NCBI GenBank assembly: GCA_029856365.1
Contig: JAHQWW010000036.1
Span: 1 to 28,925, forward strand
DNA from: Candidatus Hodarchaeota archaeon
Lineage (GTDB): Archaea; Asgardarchaeota; Heimdallarchaeia; Hodarchaeales; Hodarchaeaceae
Direction: 5' to 3'
Length of the DNA: 28,925 nt
Part shown: piece after piece, positions 1 through 8,666 of the stretch
Numbering within the stretch: the first letter of the stretch is position 1
Layout: each line of letters begins with the position of its first letter
The notes under the pieces: generated by a model
Seen by the model: only the letters and a program-made list of their open reading frames with translations
Told to the model about the DNA's origin: nothing
Databases searched by the model: none
Program-made: the position numbers and the translations under genes

Positions 1-147
1 CAATAAATTATTAATTAATGGGGGTTTCCAGTGGAAGGAAAGGTAGGGGTGGGAAAATATCATAACATGAATTTCTTAACATGTGAAACTTTTAATTAAT
101 TCAAAAAAATTTATATTTTAATCAGTAGAGATTTTTTGAAATAATTA

Positions 148-930
148 GTGATGAGAATGGTCTTAAATATAGCTCACCGAGGAGGAGCAGGTTTAGCTCC
201 TGAAAATACTCTTTCATGTTTCGAACAGGGTATAATCTTTGCAGACATGGTAGAATTTGATGTTCAACCTTCTAAGGATTCCCAGCTCATGGTTTATCAT
301 GATCGTAATGGGATAGAAAGAACAACTAATGGGAAAGGAAAGGTACCAGATCTTACATTTGATTACCTAAGATCCTTAGATGCAGGGAGCTGGTTTGATC
401 AAAAGTTCAAAGGAGAAAAAATTCCTACTCTCTCAGAGGTATTAGAAAGAATATCATCCACAAATATCCAATATAACATAGAGTTAAAGTACTATAATCC
501 TAAATCGAGTTGGTTTGAAGATGAGATCATTAGTTTTGTTAAGAATTTCAGAATAGAAGATAAAACAGTGATAACAACAAGATATGTTGAAAATATTATC
601 AGATTAAAAGAAATAGATCCCACTATTGATTGTGCGTTGCTACAGAAAGAACGTACACCGAATGAATACTTCAAGCTTTTATTAGAATTAGATCTGAATA
701 CTGCTCAGATACGTTCATCAGCACTGGAACCTTCTTTCTTGAATATATGCCATGAAAAAGGCATTAGAGTGTTTTATTTTTATGCAGATGAACCAGATAA
801 AATGAAGAAAGTGATTAATCTAGGGGTGGACGGGATATTAACTAATTATCCTGATCGACTGAAGCAGATCCTCGCCAAGGAGTTCGAAGAATCTTCATCA
901 GCGCTCGAGGAACTTCATGGTAAGTTCTAA
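148..930 (+). CDS. Glycerophosphodiester phosphodiesterase (GDPD/UgpQ family)
   Basis: Motifs IAHRG, APENTL, VEFDV, VYHD, NIELK and GVDGILTNYPD. The true start may be ATG 157. The last ~18 codons derive from a duplicated antisense vWA fragment. Confidence 0.93.
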   Translation: MMRMVLNIAHRGGAGLAPENTLSCFEQGIIFADMVEFDVQPSKDSQLMVYHDRNGIERTTNGKGKVPDLTFDYLRSLDAGSWFDQKFKGEKIPTLSEVLERISSTNIQYNIELKYYNPKSSWFEDEIISFVKNFRIEDKTVITTRYVENIIRLKEIDPTIDCALLQKERTPNEYFKLLLELDLNTAQIRSSALEPSFLNICHEKGIRVFYFYADEPDKMKKVINLGVDGILTNYPDRLKQILAKEFEESSSALEELHGKF

Positions 931-997
931 CGACAGTATAACGTCCGCTTCCAAGGCAGGGTAAATCTTTACAGGCCTGTTAACCCCACTTCTTACC
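875..997 (-). pseudogene. Degenerate direct duplicate of the 3' end of the vWA gene (copy of 1406-1528)
   Basis: Ungapped manual alignment gives 105/123 identical nt. The minus strand reads GKKWG*QACKDLPCLGSGRYTVVRTYHEVPRALMKILRTPW, with an internal stop. Confidence 0.9.
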
Positions 998-1060
998 CCA
1001 ATCTTTGGTTGACGCTATTATCGTGGCAACAACTGATTGGAGGTTAATCAAAAACCAATC

Positions 1061-1228
1061 TTACTGAACTCTTCTACTAAATACTAATCCATAGGGATCA
1101 TCAGCATTCCCATACAGTATCCTGCCAAAAATGCCCATTAAAGCAAACCCAAATAAAAATAAGCCTAAGAACCCGTTCTCAAAAAATAAATTGTATATTC
1201 CAATCAATATAACTAATACGGTTATCAT
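1061..1228 (-). CDS. Putative 55-aa small membrane protein
   Basis: Manual translation ATG..TAA: MITVLVILIGIYNLFFENGFLGLFLFGFALMGIFGRILYGNADDPYGLVFSRRVQ. Two hydrophobic stretches. Shorter than any ORF listed in the track. Confidence 0.4.
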   Translation of the reverse strand: MITVLVILIGIYNLFFENGFLGLFLFGFALMGIFGRILYGNADDPYGLVFSRRVQ

Positions 1229-1402
1229 ACCAATGAAATCATGATTGTTCTTCTATTAATTTTCCTCACTGTTTTTTCTTTCTTTAACTTGATCCAATTT
1301 TAATAAATCTATACGCTTATATAAGATTTTTTTTGTTGACCCATATTTCAAATATATAATTGAGGAGTAGAACTGAAATAATAAACCAAATGGAGTTAAT
1401 GT

Positions 1403-2473
1403 CTACCAAGGAGTTCGAAGAATCTTCATCAGCGCTCGGGGAACTTCACGGTAAGTTCTAACAACAACGTAGCGTCCGCCTCCAAGACGAGCTAAGTCTT
1501 TACAAACACGTTCACCCCACTTCTTACCTCCTGGTAAATTCAATACGTGCAATTTTTCAAATTTCCTACATAAGTAACGTGGGTCATCTCCTTTATTATA
1601 AGCTCCATCGGTAAGCAATATTGCCCATTTGAATCGTGTTTTTAAGCTCTGTAATTGTAATGCCCCCATTCTCAATGCGTCTTCAATATTTGTATATCCT
1701 ACTGCTTCTAAATCTAGTATCTTATCCATGATGTCTTGTATTGCTAGTTCATCTTTGATACCTTTGATCAAGAATGCTTTAGTATTGAATGCAATGACCC
1801 CAAATTTATCGTGTCGCATTGAATAAGCCATAACCGCAGCAGATAAAGCTGCATTAATATTACGTTCCCCCACCATTGAGCCACTAGCATCTAAGATAAG
1901 TACTCCATTCTTTTTCCTTTCACGTCGTTCGATACCAACGATATCACTTCTTCTCAAGGCAGGGATACCAGTTGGATATTTTTCCAACAATTGATCCATG
2001 GTTGCATCTAAGTCAAAATCACTTTCAGGTTGATATTCACCTCGGACTGGTAAGTCTCCTCTTAAGCCCTCTGAAGCAATTCGGAGTGATAATTTTAATA
2101 TAGACATCCGTGTTAGTCGTTTCAAGATCTTCCTACGTTTGATATCAATGATGCCTCGCATAACAAAATAGAGACGTGGGGTATAAATTCCACCTGTTCC
2201 TGCGACACGACCTAGTGAGACGAGTCTTTCGGTATTCAATGTATTTGAAACAGCATATTTATTGATTTTAGCTAATGACATTAAAGCAGGAAGATTCTCA
2301 TGTTCAATAGCGGATTCTGTTAACCGTTCAATACTAGCTAAGTCTAATTTATCGAGTTTTGGTAAAGTGTCCCCTGCAGCAATAGCAGCTTCAGCGAGGT
2401 CCTCTAGCTTTAATCGGCCAAAAAGACGTATATTTTTATCGTAATCCCGAGAGTTTGCTCGGGATTTATCTAT
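1403..2473 (-). CDS. von Willebrand factor A (MIDAS) domain protein, probably translated as the -1 frameshift extension of the upstream AAA+ ORF (track start 2281 is likely internal)
   Basis: MIDAS residues DASGSM, GYTN and LLTDG. The frame stays open for 64 codons upstream of ATG 2281 to the AAA stop, with no ATG/GTG/TTG. Confidence 0.85.
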   Translation of the reverse strand: MDKSRANSRDYDKNIRLFGRLKLEDLAEAAIAAGDTLPKLDKLDLASIERLTESAIEHENLPALMSLAKINKYAVSNTLNTERLVSLGRVAGTGGIYTPRLYFVMRGIIDIKRRKILKRLTRMSILKLSLRIASEGLRGDLPVRGEYQPESDFDLDATMDQLLEKYPTGIPALRRSDIVGIERRERKKNGVLILDASGSMVGERNINAALSAAVMAYSMRHDKFGVIAFNTKAFLIKGIKDELAIQDIMDKILDLEAVGYTNIEDALRMGALQLQSLKTRFKWAILLTDGAYNKGDDPRYLCRKFEKLHVLNLPGGKKWGERVCKDLARLGGGRYVVVRTYREVPRALMKILRTPW

Positions 2474-2479
2474 AAAAAA
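2443..2479 (-). promoter_or_regulatory. Candidate -1 programmed ribosomal frameshift signal (slippery heptamer plus stimulatory hairpin)
   Basis: Minus strand CG[T TTT TTA] TAGATA AATCCCGAG-CAAACT-CTCGGGATT. Heptamer at 2479-2473, 6-nt spacer, perfect 9-bp stem 2466-2458/2451-2443. Confidence 0.75.
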
Positions 2480-3339
2480 CGATCTTCGTCCCCTGAGAGA
2501 ATCGCTTCAACAATTTCATGAATTACGTCTTCAATTGGTCTCTCTACTCCATCTTCCAATTCAATTTTGGTAGCGAGAGTCATGATAGACATTTCAGAGA
2601 CCGTTTCTAGATTTAAACTTTTTACAAGGTTCAATATTTTTGCAAGATCAATTGCTCCACGAATTGAGGAACCTCGCCGTATTTCAGGATGTTTACGCGT
2701 TGCTCTAGCTATTTTTGTTGCTGTTTCTGAAATTAATCTATCCTCCGTTCCAATACCCGATTTTTGTTCAACAATATCGAGCTCTTCTTCATAAGCTTGA
2801 TGTTCTAATTTAATCCAGACAAATCGATCTTTCAATGCCTCTGAAAGGACAGTCGTCCCAATATATGACTCTGGATTTTGTGTTGCTACAACAAGAAAGC
2901 CATCTGATGCCCTAATAACTCCTAATTTCGGTAATATCAATAATCCTTCATCCATAGAAGGAAGTAACACGTTTTGGGTCCCCTCAATTAATCGATTAGC
3001 TTCATTAATGAATAAAATAGATCCGTTTTTCATTGCTAACGTTAATGGACCTGGAACGAAAGCATCCCAAATCCAACCTTTTTCAACTACTAAAGGAGGT
3101 TCAAAATGACCAACTAATTTGCTTTCAGTGTAACGTTCATCACCATCAATCCGAATGAAACCCTGGTCGAAGTATGCGGCAACTGCATGAGCTAATGTTG
3201 TTTTCCCAACACCTACAGGACCTTCAATGATGATATGTTTACCTGCTTGCTTTCCTAGGATGAGCTTACGGAGCGAACTGTATCGCCCTACAACTCCAAA
3301 TTTTTCTTGAATTTCTGAAATTGCTTTCTCAATGTCCAC
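2470..3339 (-). CDS. MoxR-family AAA+ ATPase (CbbQ/NorQ/CoxD-like)
   Basis: Walker A GPVGVGKT, FVPGPL, Walker B variant LFINEANR, VVATQNP, ALKDRF, sensor-2 SIRG. GTG start preceded by AGGTGA. Confidence 0.92.
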   Translation of the reverse strand: MDIEKAISEIQEKFGVVGRYSSLRKLILGKQAGKHIIIEGPVGVGKTTLAHAVAAYFDQGFIRIDGDERYTESKLVGHFEPPLVVEKGWIWDAFVPGPLTLAMKNGSILFINEANRLIEGTQNVLLPSMDEGLLILPKLGVIRASDGFLVVATQNPESYIGTTVLSEALKDRFVWIKLEHQAYEEELDIVEQKSGIGTEDRLISETATKIARATRKHPEIRRGSSIRGAIDLAKILNLVKSLNLETVSEMSIMTLATKIELEDGVERPIEDVIHEIVEAILSGDEDRFL

Positions 3340-3658
3340 AAAGTGTCACCTATATATTATTGAAAGGAACTTTAGCATTCTAATCAAGGTAATTAATCCA
3401 AATAGATAGCATGCTCTCTCAATCTCCTTTTCTAGATGAGAACAAATGATTTAACTATCTATTTTATTAAACCAGCAAAGGTACACCTACTCTGCTTTCA
3501 ACTTAATTATTTTGCTCTTTGTATCGTAGTTATTGTCATGAATTCATATAGAAATAATGATTTTATAGCTACTAAAAAACAATTAAAGTCAGAAAGAAAG
3601 TTATAGTGCAATAATTTCTATTCTTAGAAACTGTTTTACTGTTTTTAGACAAAAAAAG

Positions 3659-3795
3659 CGCCGAGGGTGGGATTTTCAATCATAGAAGCCACTTCTCTGA
3701 AGTTTGAACCCACGAGTGCAAAGCACACTAGATTTCTCGGAATGAGAAATTCCGACTCGAGTCTAGCGCCTTATTCCGAGCTTGGCTACCTCGGC
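3659..3795 (-). tRNA. tRNA-Ser(CGA) with two introns (37/38: 3734-3755; T-loop 59/60: 3673-3702)
   Basis: Acceptor GCCGAGG/CCTCGGC, discriminator G, anticodon stem CTAGA/TCTAG with CT-CGA-G, long variable arm, T-stem GTGGG/CCCAC. The cloverleaf is restored only after removing both inserts. Confidence 0.88.
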
Positions 3796-3816
3796 TTTTT
3801 TTAATGCCAATGAGAA

Positions 3817-3901
3817 TGCGGGGAGTGGGATTTGAACCCACGAACGCCTACGCGACTAGGATCTGAACCTAGCTCCTTTGACCTGGCTGGGAGACCCCCG
3901 C
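3817..3901 (-). tRNA. tRNA-Leu(CAG)
   Basis: Acceptor GCGGGGG/TCCCCGC-A, anticodon arm CTAGG-TTCAGAT-CCTAG, long variable arm, GTGGG-TTCAAAT-CCCAC. Confidence 0.93.
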
Positions 3902-4091
3902 AAATTGCGTCAGGAATTGAATGGGTTATACATATTTTAGGTATATTAAAGTAAGACAACTAAATATGATTGTGACATGATTCCAATTTTTCTTTTTGAT
4001 TGTACTTGCTCAAATAATAAAAGGTGAACATCGAGGAAGATTTATTAAATATGATTATAATTTTTCTCTTGTAGTTAAATAATTCAGAGAA

Positions 4092-6836
4092 ATGAAACCA
4101 ATGAGCAGAAAACCGAGAAAAACAACCGAAGCAATGCGACAGTATTACAATATTAAAGACACTCACAAAGATACTATTGTGTTTTTTCAATTAGGAGATT
4201 TTTACGAAACATTCAATGAAGATGCTAAAATAACTTCTAAAACCCTCGATATAACGCTTACATCAAGAAGTATGGGGGCAAGTGGAGAGAGAATTCCATT
4301 AGCTGGGGTTCCTGTTAAAGCCATTGATTCATACTTAAAAAAAATGGTCGATCAAGGGTATAAAATAGCGATTGTTGATCAATTAGAAGATGCGAAGAAT
4401 GTTCCTTCAGGGAAAATTGTAAAAAGAGGAGTTACGCGTGTTGTAACACCAGGAACAGTTTTTGAACCTTCAATATTGGATAAAGACACTAATAATTTTC
4501 TTTTAAGTTTGGTTGCTAATGAAAAAAAGCAGTCAATTGGCTTATCATTCGTTGATATCTCCACAGGGGAATTTTTAATTGCAGAATTCAAAGAAAATGT
4601 AGTTGATAATTTTCAGGATGAATTTTCTCGTTTCAGTCCTCGAGAAGTAATTTTTCCTGACATTCAACTGAAAGGAAAATTACAAACAACATTAGAAAAA
4701 ATAATCACCTCTACTTCCCAGACCGTGGTATATCCTGTAAATGAAACTCTTTTCAATTTCGATACAGCCCAACAAACGCTATTGAATCATTTTGAAGTTA
4801 GATCATTGGCAGGGTATGGCTGTGCTTCAATGGTTGAAGGGATTCGAGCCGCAGGTGCGATCATTTCATACCTAAATATGCTTAAAAAAGACTATCCGAG
4901 TAATATATCGTCTCTTCGAACTCTAGACAATCGTAACTACTTAATACTCGATGCTAATACTCAAAGGAATCTTGAAATCACTGAGAATGCTTTCGATGGA
5001 AAGGTAGAAGGTAGCTTACTTTCTATTTTTACTGATATTAATACTAGCATGGGTGTTAGATTACTACGTAGGTGGTTATTGCAACCTTTACGTAATACAA
5101 GCGTAATTAACGATCGTTTAGATGCAATAGAACAGTTCAAGCAGGATTTATCTGTAATACAAGAAATAGCTGACCTACTTTCTAATATAGCTGATTTTCA
5201 AAGATTAGTAGCCAAAATAAAGTATCACTCTGTAAATGCTAGAGACTTAATCTCTCTGAGAGACTCATTGATTTTTTGTTTAGATATAAAGACTTTCTTA
5301 AAACAAAGTGGATTAAAAAGCTCTATTTGTCATAGAATCAATGATTTTAACGTTTCAGATCTTATCAGTGTTATCGAACTGATAGATAGCGGAATACACG
5401 AATCACCACAAGCCTCAATTCGTGACGGGGGCATTATAAAGCCAAGCTATAATGAAGATTTACTTCAATTATATGAATTAAAGAACAACCAAAGTGAAAT
5501 ATTACAAGAGATTGAGGATCAGGAGCAAGCACGGACATCCTTCAATATTAAATTGGGTTATAACTCAATTCATGGATATTATATAGAAGTCACAAAAGCT
5601 CAATTACGTGATGCAGGAGAAGAGGCGATTCCATCTGAATATGTACGACGACAAACATTAGTTAATGCAGAACGTTTTATCACCCCTGAATTGAAAGAAA
5701 TAGAAGAAAAAATATTGAATGCAGATGAAAGGATAAAAGAACTAGAATATCAATTCTTTTGCGAAATTCGTGAAACAATTTCCCAAAAAGTTGCTACAAT
5801 TCGTAGTTATTCCGAATTAATCGCTGAATTGGATGTATTAATTTGTTTCTCCTTTACAGCACTTAAAAATGATTTTTGTAAACCTAACTTCATTGAGAAA
5901 CCAATTATCTCAATTACTGATGGTCGTCATCCTGTAGTCGAACATTTACAAAAGGAGACTGGGTTCGTTCCTAATAGTGCTAATTTAGGGAATAAGGAAC
6001 TTCACATAATAACTGGGCCTAATATGTCTGGGAAATCTGTTTTCATTAGACAAGTGGCCCTTATAGTGTTAATGGCTCAAGCTGGGTCATATGTTCCCGC
6101 AAAGACATGTAAATTAGGAATAATAGATAAAATTTTCACTCGTGTTGGTGCATTTGATAGACTAGCGTTTGGGCAATCTACTTTTATGCTTGAGATGCTT
6201 GAAACAGCGCATATACTCAATAATTCTACTCCAAATTCTTTAATAATTCTAGATGAAGTAGGACGCGGGACTAGTACCTTTGATGGATTATCCTTAGCAT
6301 GGGCAATTGCAGAACACATTGCTAAGGAGAAAAAAAGTAAAACACTATTTGCTACACATTATCATCAGCTCAGCGAATTGGAAAATCATTATTCGACTAT
6401 CAAAAATTTTCATCAAACCGCTAAAGTACGCAATGGGAAGCTTGTCTTACTTTATAAAATTAAGGAGGGCTCGACTGATCATTCATTTGGAATTAGCGTT
6501 GCTAAAATGGCTGGAATTCCAAAAACAGTTATTATTGAGGCTCAAAAGAAACTATTAGATCTAGAGGCAACCTCTGATACAACAGAATTACCTCGTCATA
6601 AAGGAAGAACAGAATCTCAACCTAGACAGCTATCCCTTGCTGAAGCTCTTTCAAAAAGCGTTGGTCAACAACAACTAGAAAGAGAAATAAAAAATCTCAA
6701 GTTTGAGATTCTTGCATTCTTAAAAAACTATACGGATATTGATATCAACTATAAAACGCCAGTAGAAGCACTTCAACAACTTGGACAATTAGTCAAAGAT
6801 ATGCGAGAATTAGGAAAGAAGATCCAGGAGAAGTAA
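4092..6836 (+). CDS. mutS: DNA mismatch repair protein MutS (MutS1)
   Basis: Mismatch-binding GDFYE motif, VTPGT, GRHPVVE, Walker A TGPNMSGKS, STF, ILDEVGRGT, FATHYH. Confidence 0.97.
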   Translation: MKPMSRKPRKTTEAMRQYYNIKDTHKDTIVFFQLGDFYETFNEDAKITSKTLDITLTSRSMGASGERIPLAGVPVKAIDSYLKKMVDQGYKIAIVDQLEDAKNVPSGKIVKRGVTRVVTPGTVFEPSILDKDTNNFLLSLVANEKKQSIGLSFVDISTGEFLIAEFKENVVDNFQDEFSRFSPREVIFPDIQLKGKLQTTLEKIITSTSQTVVYPVNETLFNFDTAQQTLLNHFEVRSLAGYGCASMVEGIRAAGAIISYLNMLKKDYPSNISSLRTLDNRNYLILDANTQRNLEITENAFDGKVEGSLLSIFTDINTSMGVRLLRRWLLQPLRNTSVINDRLDAIEQFKQDLSVIQEIADLLSNIADFQRLVAKIKYHSVNARDLISLRDSLIFCLDIKTFLKQSGLKSSICHRINDFNVSDLISVIELIDSGIHESPQASIRDGGIIKPSYNEDLLQLYELKNNQSEILQEIEDQEQARTSFNIKLGYNSIHGYYIEVTKAQLRDAGEEAIPSEYVRRQTLVNAERFITPELKEIEEKILNADERIKELEYQFFCEIRETISQKVATIRSYSELIAELDVLICFSFTALKNDFCKPNFIEKPIISITDGRHPVVEHLQKETGFVPNSANLGNKELHIITGPNMSGKSVFIRQVALIVLMAQAGSYVPAKTCKLGIIDKIFTRVGAFDRLAFGQSTFMLEMLETAHILNNSTPNSLIILDEVGRGTSTFDGLSLAWAIAEHIAKEKKSKTLFATHYHQLSELENHYSTIKNFHQTAKVRNGKLVLLYKIKEGSTDHSFGISVAKMAGIPKTVIIEAQKKLLDLEATSDTTELPRHKGRTESQPRQLSLAEALSKSVGQQQLEREIKNLKFEILAFLKNYTDIDINYKTPVEALQQLGQLVKDMRELGKKIQEK

Positions 6837-6840
6837 TCGA

Positions 6841-8655
6841 ATGGCCAGAATTCGTCTATTAGACCCAATTTGTATCAGTAAAATTGCTGCAGGTGAGGTA
6901 ATTGAGCGTCCAGCGTCCGTTGTCAAAGAATTAATTGAAAATGCCATTGATGCGTCGGCTAAAGAAATTAGAATTGTAATTAAAAACGGTGGGAAGGATC
7001 TAATTGAGGTAAAAGATAATGGGACAGGGATCCCTTCAGAAGATCTTCCTTTAGCCATCAAACGTCATGCTACTAGTAAGATTGGCTCTGAACATGATCT
7101 AGATTCAATTTCTACAATGGGTTTCCGTGGAGAAGCCTTATATTCGATTGCTTCCGTCTCAAGATTCTCTATTATTAGTCGAACAGCCAAAGATGAACTA
7201 GCGAAATGTATCACGGTAGAAAGTGATCTGGAAAAATGTCAGATTTCAGATGAAGTGATGGCCTCACCAGGAACCCTTGTTCGAGTACGTGATCTGTTTT
7301 TTAATTTCATTGTACGACGGAAATTCCTGAAAAAAGCCTCAGTCGAACAATCCCACATCTATGAGGTTGTTGCTCAAAACGCTATAGGACATCCTCAAAT
7401 TGCTTTCACTTATATTGTAGATGAGGAAATTGAATTTCAAACTATGAAGAGTAAAAGTCATTTATCTGCTATTAAAGAAACATTTGGTCAAGAATTAGCT
7501 GGATCTCTTCTAGACATTGGTATAGTTCAGCGCGATAATGTCCTAATTCATGGGTATCTTAGTAAACCTGGACATCATAAGCGAAACAGGAAGTATCAAC
7601 ACTTTTTTTTGAATAGAAGACGTATTTCTTCCAAAATTTTTCAATCCGCTTTAGAAGAGGGATATGGTTCATACCTGATGAAACGCGAGTTTCCTGTTGC
7701 ATTCCTGTTCTTGGAACTCGATCCTCAATACTTTGATGTAAACATACACCCTCAAAAACGAGAAGTCCTTTTCTATAATGAAAAAGAGTTAATGATAGCA
7801 ATCAGTTCAACCGTGGCACATTGTCTCAAAACCCAAGACATAGTTCCATACCTTAAATCACGAACAAAACGAGAGAGACCGACGAAACTAGCACTTGGAG
7901 AAGCGAATGCAGTAACAGCATCATCAACACACCGAGATATCGGGCTATTGGGGAAAAAACAACAAATAAGTATTCACCCTGACGAGAAATCCTCTGAGTT
8001 ACCGACTTCTTTAGAAAGTACTGAAACCCAACTATTTGAGGTTTCAATCGAAAAACAGGCAATAAAAGATTTTTTCGAATCAGATTTAAAATTCCGAGGT
8101 CCTCTCGGAAAAGAATTCTTGCTACTTGAAGATTTATCAAATCATGACTTAATCGTCCTTGATTTCCATGCGGTACACGAGCGAATTAACCTAGAAAAGT
8201 TTACAGCGACGTTTAAAGCTAATAAAGTGAGATCTCAAACATTCCTTAAACCTTTTCGATTATTTTTAACTCCTGAGCAGCGAATACTCATAATGGATTC
8301 TCTCTCTCATCTTAACAACCTAGGATTTGATTTTAGAGTTGCAAAAGGAGATAAACAGAAGATTGAAGTCTTTGCTATTCCTAGAATTCTTGGAAAAACC
8401 GATTTAAAACAATTCTTGAATGAATTATTAGATACTCTTCCTGAGAAGGTTATTGGGGATCAAATTAATGAGATTCTGAGTTTAATAGCATGTCATGCTT
8501 CTTATCGCGCAGGAGACGTTTTATCGTTCCAACAAACAAAAGATCTTTTACAACAACTCGTACAAACCGAAAATCCTAATATCTGCGCTCACGGTCGGCC
8601 AACGTATATTAGAATACCATATCAAGACTTTTTAAAACAAGTAAGAAGAATATAA
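6841..8655 (+). CDS. mutL: DNA mismatch repair endonuclease MutL
   Basis: IAAGEVIERPASVVKELIENAIDA, DNGTGI, RHATSK, GFRGEAL, DVNIHPQK. Endonuclease motifs DFHAVHER, ACH and CAHGRP. Confidence 0.97.
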   Translation: MARIRLLDPICISKIAAGEVIERPASVVKELIENAIDASAKEIRIVIKNGGKDLIEVKDNGTGIPSEDLPLAIKRHATSKIGSEHDLDSISTMGFRGEALYSIASVSRFSIISRTAKDELAKCITVESDLEKCQISDEVMASPGTLVRVRDLFFNFIVRRKFLKKASVEQSHIYEVVAQNAIGHPQIAFTYIVDEEIEFQTMKSKSHLSAIKETFGQELAGSLLDIGIVQRDNVLIHGYLSKPGHHKRNRKYQHFFLNRRRISSKIFQSALEEGYGSYLMKREFPVAFLFLELDPQYFDVNIHPQKREVLFYNEKELMIAISSTVAHCLKTQDIVPYLKSRTKRERPTKLALGEANAVTASSTHRDIGLLGKKQQISIHPDEKSSELPTSLESTETQLFEVSIEKQAIKDFFESDLKFRGPLGKEFLLLEDLSNHDLIVLDFHAVHERINLEKFTATFKANKVRSQTFLKPFRLFLTPEQRILIMDSLSHLNNLGFDFRVAKGDKQKIEVFAIPRILGKTDLKQFLNELLDTLPEKVIGDQINEILSLIACHASYRAGDVLSFQQTKDLLQQLVQTENPNICAHGRPTYIRIPYQDFLKQVRRI

Positions 8656-8666
8656 AGGATTTCAAA

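Noticed and set aside
1-63. G-rich tract, or a minus-strand ORF start (MIFSHPYLSFHWKPPLINNLL) running off the window edge
   Set aside because: Too short and truncated to evaluate.
875-1528. Diversity-generating retroelement TR/VR pair (a ~120-nt repeat matching a gene 3' end)
   Set aside because: Mismatches are not restricted to adenines of either copy on either strand, are mostly transitions, and no reverse transcriptase gene is in the window.
2474-2479. Transcriptional slippage as the AAA-vWA joining mechanism
   Set aside because: The T run is only 6 nt, shorter than typical slippage tracts. The phased heptamer and spaced hairpin fit ribosomal frameshifting better.
3340-3657. Possible decayed ORF between the AAA gene and tRNA-Ser
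   Set aside because: The frames I examined are interrupted by stops and have no recognisable motif.
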